DNA of 64,000 nt from Acutalibacteraceae bacterium (GTDB lineage Bacteria; Bacillota; Clostridia; Oscillospirales; Acutalibacteraceae). The stretch is from NCBI GenBank assembly GCA_045592625.1, contig JAZNVC010000001.1, positions 136,825-200,824 on the forward strand. Direction: 5' to 3'. The notes beneath the pieces are model-generated. The model did no database searches. It saw only the letters and a program-made list of their open reading frames with translations, and was not told the origin of the DNA. Shown piece by piece: positions 8,411-15,025 of the stretch. The position numbers and the translations under genes are program-made. Numbering within the stretch: the first letter of the stretch is position 1; the number at the start of each line of letters is the position of its first letter.

Positions 8411-8435
8411 TTTCATTTATTACCCACATAAACGA
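8411..8435. repeat. Left inverted repeat, copy 2 (IRL2)
   Basis: tttcatttattacccacataaacga matches the reverse complement of 9799-9823 at 24 of 25 positions. Confidence 0.9.
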
Positions 8436-8482
8436 CAGCGAAAACAGATGCATTGGTAAAATATTCCGTAGTCGCGGGTAAC

Positions 8483-8511
8483 ATTATGACACAATAATGC
8501 CGATTTGTCAA
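8483..8511 (-). promoter_or_regulatory. Near-consensus extended -10 promoter inside the IR-bracketed segment, pointing outward to the left
   Basis: The minus strand reads TTGACA (8506-8511), 17 nt, TGtCATAAT (-10 at 8483-8488). No gene lies downstream in this orientation; the transcript meets only IRL2, hairpin 2, IRL1 and hairpin 1. Confidence 0.6.
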
Positions 8512-8633
8512 TACAAAATGCATAATTTTGCAGATTTTTTTCAGTATTGACACAAATTTTAATACATTTGGGATTATTTATGGTCAATTTTGCCGTCAAA
8601 ATATACTTATAGCACGAAGGGATGTAAAGAACA

Positions 8634-9734
8634 GTGTCACGAAGAGGAGAATGTATCTACAAAAGGAAAGATGGTAGATGGGAGGCTCGGTATGTTAAGG
8701 AATTAGGTATCGACGGAAGGAAAAAATATGCCTCAATTTATGCTCCGACATATAAAGAAGCTAAAGAAAAACAAATGTACGCTATGCATAATATTGCTAA
8801 AAAATTAACAATATCGGCAAAATTATGCATAAAAGATATTACTTATGAGTGGCTTTTAAGTATTAAAAGTCGAATTAAGCCGTCCAGTTATATTAAATAC
8901 GAAAATATGTGCAAAAATCATATAATTAAGAATTTGGGAAATATTCCTCTTAATGATATAAACTCGGTGACAGTGCAAAAGTTCACAATGTTTCTTAAAG
9001 AAAACGGACGAATAGACGGAGGTAAACTATCTGATAAAACAATAAACGACATACTTATTATATTAAGCCTTATATTCAGATATGCCGAAGAACATCATTC
9101 TGCAAATCTTCCTCATATAAAAGGGGTAAGGCAAGAGAAAAAAGAGGCAAGAGTGCTTTCAAACGAAGAACAGAAGCGGCTTTGTGCCTATTGTATTAAT
9201 GACACCGATAGTTATAAATTTTCGATTTTACTTGCACTTTATACAGGAATCAGAATAGGAGAATTATGTGCTCTTAAATGGCAGGACATAACCGACACCT
9301 ATATAATAATAGATAAAACTATGCAGCGTCTTAAAACCGATAACGGAGAGACAGACATTTTTGTCACCAGTCCTAAAAGCGATTGTTCTAAGCGAATAAT
9401 ACCGTTGCCTGAATTTTTAAAAGAAACCATAAATAAAAGGCGAAAGGATGACGGATATGTACTTGCAACCGCCAGAAGTCCTTACTGTGAACCTAGGACA
9501 ATGCAACATCGATTTAAAGAAACGGCAGAACTCCTAAACTTGGAGGGGGTTACCTTTCATACCTTAAGGCATACATTTGCTACTCGTTGTGTAGAAGCAG
9601 GTTTTGATATTAAAACTCTTTCGGAAATACTTGGGCATTCTGACGTTAAAGTAACCTTAAACAGATATGTTCATTCTTCCTTTGAATTAAAGCAAAAAAA
9701 TATGCAAAAGCTGATGTTTATAGATTTTGTTTAA
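8634..9734 (+). CDS. Tyrosine site-specific recombinase (phage-integrase family)
   Basis: 366 aa with a GTG start. N-terminal arm-type motif YKRKDGRWEARY. C-terminal catalytic region has R..GE..AL.W, HTLRHTFAT and LGHSDVKVTLNRYVH (the R-H-R-Y set). Confidence 0.9.
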   Translation: MSRRGECIYKRKDGRWEARYVKELGIDGRKKYASIYAPTYKEAKEKQMYAMHNIAKKLTISAKLCIKDITYEWLLSIKSRIKPSSYIKYENMCKNHIIKNLGNIPLNDINSVTVQKFTMFLKENGRIDGGKLSDKTINDILIILSLIFRYAEEHHSANLPHIKGVRQEKKEARVLSNEEQKRLCAYCINDTDSYKFSILLALYTGIRIGELCALKWQDITDTYIIIDKTMQRLKTDNGETDIFVTSPKSDCSKRIIPLPEFLKETINKRRKDDGYVLATARSPYCEPRTMQHRFKETAELLNLEGVTFHTLRHTFATRCVEAGFDIKTLSEILGHSDVKVTLNRYVHSSFELKQKNMQKLMFIDFV

Positions 9735-9746
9735 ATGGTCAAAAAA

Positions 9747-9792
9747 ATGGTAAGAACAGAGAGAAGCTCTCTTGTTTTCTTACCATTTTTTA
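9747..9792 (+). terminator. Terminator after the recombinase gene
   Basis: ggtaagaacagagag..ctctcttgttttcttacc hairpin followed by a long T-run. Confidence 0.7.
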
Positions 9793-9798
9793 TTTTTT

Positions 9799-9823
9799 TC
9801 GTTTATGTGGGTAATAAACGAAA
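9799..9823. repeat. Right inverted repeat (IRR)
   Basis: tcgtttatgtgggtaataaacgaaa is the reverse complement of IRL1 and IRL2 (see those entries). Confidence 0.9.
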
Positions 9824-9917
9824 TGACCGATTATTCAATTTGTTATTTATTTTTCCCTTAAAATGAAAATTTAAACAATATAAAAATATCTGCTGCATAC
9901 AGGAGTGAACTTCAGAA

Positions 9918-10448
9918 TTGAATAAAAAACCTAAAATTATTCTGAAAAGTATATCTGCAACTATAGTTTCCCTTGTTGTAATCTTTGCAGTGCTTATTGC
10001 AGGAGTGCAAATCTTCGGCATAAAGGTTTATACCGTTTTATCGCCTTCAATGGAACCTGAATATAAAACAGGTGCCGTTATATATGTTAAAAAGGTTGAC
10101 CCAAAGGAACTTGAGGTTGGAGACGTTATAACCTTTTCGTCGTTAAATCAAACAACGGTAACACATAGAATTGTGGGCGTAGAAGAAAAAAACGGAGTTC
10201 TTTATTTTGAAACCAAGGGCGACGCCAATAAAAGTGCCGATAGCGGCAGGGTGCATATGAATAACGTGCTGGGCAAACCCATATTTAAAATTTCCTATTT
10301 AGGTTATGCTGCAAGTTTTATTACAAAAAAACCCGGAATCTATTTAGGTATTGCTATAGGAATTATTCTTACAGTACTTGTATTTGTGATTGACTTTATT
10401 ACGGGTGATGAACCCGATAAAAATAAAAAAAGGAGAAAAACAAAATGA
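9918..10448 (+). CDS. sipW: Signal peptidase I, archaeal/ER type (SipW-like)
   Basis: 176 aa with a TTG start after an AGGAG RBS. N-terminal TM segment, catalytic-Ser box LSPSMEP, His box VTHRIV, a GDAN box, and a C-terminal TM segment with a basic tail. Confidence 0.85.
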   Translation: MNKKPKIILKSISATIVSLVVIFAVLIAGVQIFGIKVYTVLSPSMEPEYKTGAVIYVKKVDPKELEVGDVITFSSLNQTTVTHRIVGVEEKNGVLYFETKGDANKSADSGRVHMNNVLGKPIFKISYLGYAASFITKKPGIYLGIAIGIILTVLVFVIDFITGDEPDKNKKRRKTK

Positions 10449-11086
10449 AAAAAATGAAGACAGTACTGCTGTGCATTGGTTTGAGTTTATTGGTTTTTGC
10501 TTCGGTAATGGGGACACTTTCCTATCTTACAGATACAGAAGAAGTTGTTAACACCTTTACCGTAGGTAATGTCGATATAACTCTTGATGAAGCAGATGTA
10601 GATGAACTTGGTGCAGTAGTGGGCACAGAAAGAGTTAAGGAGAATGAATATCACTTAATTCCCGGCGGGGTTTATGTAAAAGACCCAACCGTAACCGTTA
10701 AAAAGGGCAGTGAGGCTTCATATATCCGTATGCTTGTTACCATAAGCGATATGGCTGATATCAAATCGGTTTTCGGAAATGATTTTCTTCCTGAAAATTA
10801 CGTAGAAGGCTATGACAAGGCTGTTTGGAAGTGTGTAAAAATTACCGATAACGGCAATGATACCGCCACCTATGAATTCCGCTATAAAGAATCTGTAGAT
10901 AAGGTTAGTGCAGATAAGGTTTTGGAACCTCTTTTCAAAAAAATAAAGGTTCCCGGTGAAATAAACGGCGAAGAACTTGCCAAAATAAGCGAAATGAAAA
11001 TTTCTGTAGTAGGTAACGCTATACAGAAGGCAGGCTTTGAAAACGAGGATGCTGCTTGGGCAGCTTTTGACCTTCAGATGAATTAA
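10445..11086 (+). CDS. TasA/camelysin-like secreted protein with a SipW-cognate signal peptide (P1)
   Basis: 213 aa. N-terminus ..FASVMGTLSYLTDTEEVVNTFTVGNVDITLDE. The start overlaps the sipW stop (ATGA). Confidence 0.75.
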   Translation: MKKMKTVLLCIGLSLLVFASVMGTLSYLTDTEEVVNTFTVGNVDITLDEADVDELGAVVGTERVKENEYHLIPGGVYVKDPTVTVKKGSEASYIRMLVTISDMADIKSVFGNDFLPENYVEGYDKAVWKCVKITDNGNDTATYEFRYKESVDKVSADKVLEPLFKKIKVPGEINGEELAKISEMKISVVGNAIQKAGFENEDAAWAAFDLQMN

Positions 11087-11102
11087 GAAAGGCGGCAAAA
11101 AT

Positions 11103-11711
11103 ATGAAAAGAAAGCTTTTTACAAAACAGGGTATCTTTAAAACCGTACTGTTAATGCTCAGCGTAATAACACTTGTGTTCAGTATTGTTAGCGGTACTTT
11201 AGCATGGCTTGTTGCCGAAACAAAACCCGTTGTAAATACCTTTACATATGGCGATATCAATATCAATTTAGAGGAAAGCGATACAAACGACGGTGACGGA
11301 GACCCTTATACCAATACCTATCGTATGGTACCGGGAAATCAAATAGAAAAGGACCCAACCGTAACGGTAAAAAAAGACAGCGAAGACTGTTGGCTTTTTG
11401 TGAAAATTGAAAAATCGGTTGACCCCGCTAAATTTGATGATTTTATGGAGTTTACCATTGCTGACGGCTGGACACCCTTAAAGGATGTTGACGGCGTTTA
11501 CTATAGAGCAGTTGACAGTAGTAAGGAGGATATAAAATTCCCCGTACTTAAAGATAACAAAGTAAAGGTTAAAGAAGATGTTACAAAGGAAATGTTTAAT
11601 ACACTTTCCGAAATGCCTACCCTTTCCTTTACCGCTTATGCAGTTCAGCGTGACAGCGAAATAACCGAAATAGATTCAGCCGAAAAGGCTTGGACTATAA
11701 CACAAAAATAA
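11103..11711 (+). CDS. TasA/camelysin-like secreted protein with a SipW-cognate signal peptide (P2)
   Basis: 202 aa. N-terminus ..SGTLAWLVAETKPVVNTFTYGDININLEE. It shares KDPTVTVKK.SE with P1. Confidence 0.75.
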   Translation: MKRKLFTKQGIFKTVLLMLSVITLVFSIVSGTLAWLVAETKPVVNTFTYGDININLEESDTNDGDGDPYTNTYRMVPGNQIEKDPTVTVKKDSEDCWLFVKIEKSVDPAKFDDFMEFTIADGWTPLKDVDGVYYRAVDSSKEDIKFPVLKDNKVKVKEDVTKEMFNTLSEMPTLSFTAYAVQRDSEITEIDSAEKAWTITQK

Positions 11712-11733
11712 TATTTTAAAGGAGTAAAAGAAA

Positions 11734-13293
11734 ATGAAAAACATTAAAAAATCACTTTTAATGGGACTTAGTTTTGTGCTTGTGGCTGCTCTTGCCATGG
11801 GCGGAACTTTGGCTTACCTCACCTCTACCGATGATGACGTTAACGTTATGACACTTGGCAAAGTATCTATTACTCAGCACGAGTATCAGCGCGTTGTAAA
11901 CGCAGACGGTACTTACGCTACTGCAACTATCGACAATCAAACAAGCTATGTGCTTGAGAAATTCGTTCAGGCTAAGCCCTTGCTTCCCATTGTTGGCGAC
12001 CCAAGTCAACCCGGTGACAGTGCAGCCTACGCAGGTTATGATACCATCCCTGTTCGTATGTCTCAGGTAGGTTCATACGGCGGTATGGACGTATTTGCAG
12101 GCAAAAACGCTCAGGATAAGTTCGTTACCTTAGAAAACACCGGCAAGACTGATGCCTTTGTTCGCACCCTTGTTGCAATCGAAATCGGCAACGGTAATGC
12201 ATCCTTGATCGGTACTTCTTATCACAAAACTTGGACTAAGAATTCTATTGGTACCATCGTAATCGACGGCAACAACTATGCTTTGACCGAGTATGTTTAT
12301 GCTGGTGCGAACGGTGTGCGTCACGAAAATGGTATCCTCCCTGCAGGCGATACCTCTTATCCCAACCTTTCTCAGGTTTACATCAAACACAACGCTACCA
12401 ATGAGGACTGCGAAGCACTTGACGGCAACGGCAACGGCACCCTCGATATCCTCGTTCTTTCTCAGGCTGTTCAGGTTGCAGGCTTTGCTGATGCTGAAAC
12501 CGCTCTTGACACCGCATTTGGTGACATTACTACCACCAATCATCCTTGGAGTGTAAACGCTCCGGCTATTCCCACGGTTGTTTCTACAGCTGATGAATTA
12601 GCTACAGCACTTGCAAACGGCGGCGAGGTTATTTTAACTAAAGATATTGATGCCGATGCTGATACTACTATCACCATTCCCGCAGGTGTTTCTACCACAT
12701 TGAACCTCAACGGCAAGACCCTTGATTTTGTTACCGATAATGCTGACAAGAATAATGACGGAGGAGTAACAAGCGCAGACAATGAGGTTGCAATTGACGT
12801 TAGAGGTACTTTAAATGTTAAGAACGGTACTATCACAACCAAGCACACTGCTGAAAACTTTGCTTGGAACGCTTGTACCGAGGTGTTTTATGTAGCATTT
12901 AACGGCACTTTGAATATTGAAAATGCAACTATTGAAAACCTTGGCGGTTCTGATATGGCCTTTGCAATTGACCTTGTGAACGCAACCAATGTAACCCTTA
13001 ACATTAGCAACTCTACCATCAAGTCTTCTTACATTCCTGTTCGTGTATTTAACAATGGTTCCGGTATGAACAATGTTACTATCAAAGATAGCACACTTGA
13101 CGGTGTAAGTCGTGCATTCTGGGTACATATCTATTCGAACAAAGATAATGGTGGCAGAGGCGTAAAAGATGCAACCCTCAACCTCGATATCTTTGGTAAC
13201 GGCAACACATTCAATGCATCAAATCCGAATAGAATTATTGAGTTCGGCTTTGAAGATGAAATCAATTTTGATGCCAACGGCAATCAACTTTAA
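11734..13293 (+). CDS. Fusion protein P3: SipW-cognate signal, TasA-like N-module and a parallel beta-helix-like C-module
   Basis: 519 aa. N-terminus GGTLAYLTSTDDDVNVMTLGKVSI. C-terminal repeats of the NGT(I/L)..xN.T(I/L) type (NVKNGTITT, FNGTLNIENATIEN, VTLNISNSTIKS, NNVTIKDSTLDG). Confidence 0.75.
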   Translation: MKNIKKSLLMGLSFVLVAALAMGGTLAYLTSTDDDVNVMTLGKVSITQHEYQRVVNADGTYATATIDNQTSYVLEKFVQAKPLLPIVGDPSQPGDSAAYAGYDTIPVRMSQVGSYGGMDVFAGKNAQDKFVTLENTGKTDAFVRTLVAIEIGNGNASLIGTSYHKTWTKNSIGTIVIDGNNYALTEYVYAGANGVRHENGILPAGDTSYPNLSQVYIKHNATNEDCEALDGNGNGTLDILVLSQAVQVAGFADAETALDTAFGDITTTNHPWSVNAPAIPTVVSTADELATALANGGEVILTKDIDADADTTITIPAGVSTTLNLNGKTLDFVTDNADKNNDGGVTSADNEVAIDVRGTLNVKNGTITTKHTAENFAWNACTEVFYVAFNGTLNIENATIENLGGSDMAFAIDLVNATNVTLNISNSTIKSSYIPVRVFNNGSGMNNVTIKDSTLDGVSRAFWVHIYSNKDNGGRGVKDATLNLDIFGNGNTFNASNPNRIIEFGFEDEINFDANGNQL

Positions 13294-13336
13294 TTCATAA
13301 AAATTTACCCATTCCGGAAAGGAGAACATACATATA

Positions 13337-14896
13337 ATGTCTAAACTTAAAAAGGTACTCTTAATGTGTACCGCATATGTTCTGGTAGCCGCACTGGCTA
13401 TCGGCGGAACCTTAGCTTACCTCACAAGCACTGATGATGACGTGAACGTAATGACACTTGGTAATGTATCAATTAAGCAGCATGAGTATGAGCGTGTTGT
13501 GAACGCTGACGGCACCTTTGCTACCGACACCATTGACAATGTAACCAGCTATGTATTAAAAGACTTTACACAAGCAAAACCACTACTTCCTTCTGCTATA
13601 GACACAACTACCTGGGAAGGCTGGGATTGGGATTCCACCGTTGTACGTATGACTCAGGTAGATTCTTACGGTTATATGCAGGTATTTAAGGCCGCTTCCA
13701 ATGCGCAGGATAAATTTGTTACCGTAGAGAACACTGGCGATACCGATGCTTACATCCGTACTCTCGTTGCTATTGAAATCGGTTCTACTGACGGTAGTTT
13801 GATTGGTACTTCTTATCACTCTACATGGACTAAGAACGAGGTAGGTACTATCGTGGTCGACGGTAACACCTATTTTGTATTTGAATATGTGTACAACGGG
13901 GCTAACGGTACTCTCCATGATAATGGTATCCTTCCCGCTGGCGACACCGCTTACCCCAACCTTTCTCAGGTTTACATCAAGTCTGCGGCCACCAACGAGG
14001 ACATGGTTGCCCTCGACGGTAACGGCAACGGCACCCTCGATATCCTCGTTCTTTCTCAGGCTGTTCAGGTTGCAGGTTTTGACAATGCACAGACTGCTCT
14101 GGACACCGCTTTTGGTAAGTCCTCTGAAAAGGCTGTTGAGTGGTTCGGTGGCATTGCGATCCCCGATGTTGTTGCATCTGCAGACGAAGCTTATGATGCC
14201 TTTAGTGCATTTGACCAGTCCGGAAAAAGCGGTTCGGTTATTTTAAACTCGGATATTAATACCGCTGATGCAGATAGCCGCTGGTCCTCGAACAGAGAGT
14301 ATGCTCTTAGAGCGGCAGGCACTGACGTTACGTTCGACCTCAACGGACATACGGTAAACCACGATACCGCTTACCAAAATGGTAAAAATACCGGTTATAC
14401 CTACCTCTTTACAACGGCTTATAACGGAAAATTGACCGTTAATGGTGAAGGCGGCTCCATCTACTCCGAAAACGCTGATGGTTTTACCTGTATCTTCTAT
14501 GCACAGGGTCCCAGCGAGATCGTGATCAATGGTGGTGAATATCACGCTGTTGCCGGTGTCCCTGTATGGGCGGGAAATGGCGCCAAGGTAACAATAAACG
14601 GCGGTTCGTTCACTTCGAGCAAGAGTGGTAACGATCAGGAGATGATCTATTCCAGCGGTGGTGTAATTGATATCTACGGCGGATTTTTCCATAGTGATTG
14701 GGAGAATCGTCCCGTTAATGTTGCGGACGCTAACCGTAGCACAGGTTTTATCAATATTTACGGCGGAACCTTCGTAAACTTTGATCCTTCCACCGGCGGT
14801 AACGATCCTGGCAATATCAGAGTTATGGAAGGCTACAAGGTCGTTTCCGAAGCTCAGGCAAACGGTGATGTCTGGTACACCGTGGTTGCTGAATAA
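13337..14896 (+). CDS. Fusion protein P4: paralog of P3 with a different beta-helix-like C-module
   Basis: 519 aa. The first ~270 aa align with P3. The C-terminal module has INGG.F-type repeats (VINGGEYH, TINGGSFT, DIYGGFFH, NIYGGTFV). Confidence 0.75.
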   Translation: MSKLKKVLLMCTAYVLVAALAIGGTLAYLTSTDDDVNVMTLGNVSIKQHEYERVVNADGTFATDTIDNVTSYVLKDFTQAKPLLPSAIDTTTWEGWDWDSTVVRMTQVDSYGYMQVFKAASNAQDKFVTVENTGDTDAYIRTLVAIEIGSTDGSLIGTSYHSTWTKNEVGTIVVDGNTYFVFEYVYNGANGTLHDNGILPAGDTAYPNLSQVYIKSAATNEDMVALDGNGNGTLDILVLSQAVQVAGFDNAQTALDTAFGKSSEKAVEWFGGIAIPDVVASADEAYDAFSAFDQSGKSGSVILNSDINTADADSRWSSNREYALRAAGTDVTFDLNGHTVNHDTAYQNGKNTGYTYLFTTAYNGKLTVNGEGGSIYSENADGFTCIFYAQGPSEIVINGGEYHAVAGVPVWAGNGAKVTINGGSFTSSKSGNDQEMIYSSGGVIDIYGGFFHSDWENRPVNVADANRSTGFINIYGGTFVNFDPSTGGNDPGNIRVMEGYKVVSEAQANGDVWYTVVAE

Positions 14897-14923
14897 CTTG
14901 ATTTAGTCTTGTCTTCATAAAGT

Positions 14924-14984
14924 CCACCCACTCCTCTCCGTGGGGAGTGGGCGGCAATCAAAGTTCCTTTTGACTCTTTGATTG
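14924..14984 (+). promoter_or_regulatory. Two adjacent stem-loops between P4 and P5 without a T-tract (candidate processing, stability or attenuation element)
   Basis: Hairpin A: cccactcc-tctccgtg-ggagtggg (14927-14951). Hairpin B: caatcaaag-12 nt-ctttgattg (14955-14984). Confidence 0.4.
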
Positions 14985-15025
14985 CTATATACAAAAAACA
15001 AATATAAAAGGAGAAGATACATATA

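Larger units (their letters stand above)
8309..8440. repeat. Tandem duplication (two units of about 66 bp), each unit being a terminator hairpin plus a recombinase-site-like repeat
   Basis: Unit 1 begins aaaaacctctgtgcataccggcacagaggtcaaattttcgtttattacccacataaatga. Unit 2 begins aaaaaccctccgtgcatatcggcacagaggtaaaagtttcatttattacccacataaacga. Confidence 0.85.

Noticed and set aside
8309-8440. A possible CRISPR array or other spacer-repeat structure.
   Set aside because: There are only two directly adjacent repeat units, no spacers and no cas genes. It is better explained as a duplicated terminator plus recombinase-site module.
5487-9734. An intact prophage or ICE.
   Set aside because: Only regulatory genes, dinB and an integrase are present. 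There are no capsid, tail, terminase, replication, relaxase or T4SS genes anywhere nearby.
9803-10021. A 72-aa minus-strand ORF overlapping IRR and the sipW start.
   Set aside because: It has no RBS, overlaps the sipW N-terminus antisense, and its sequence is low-complexity. I judge it spurious.
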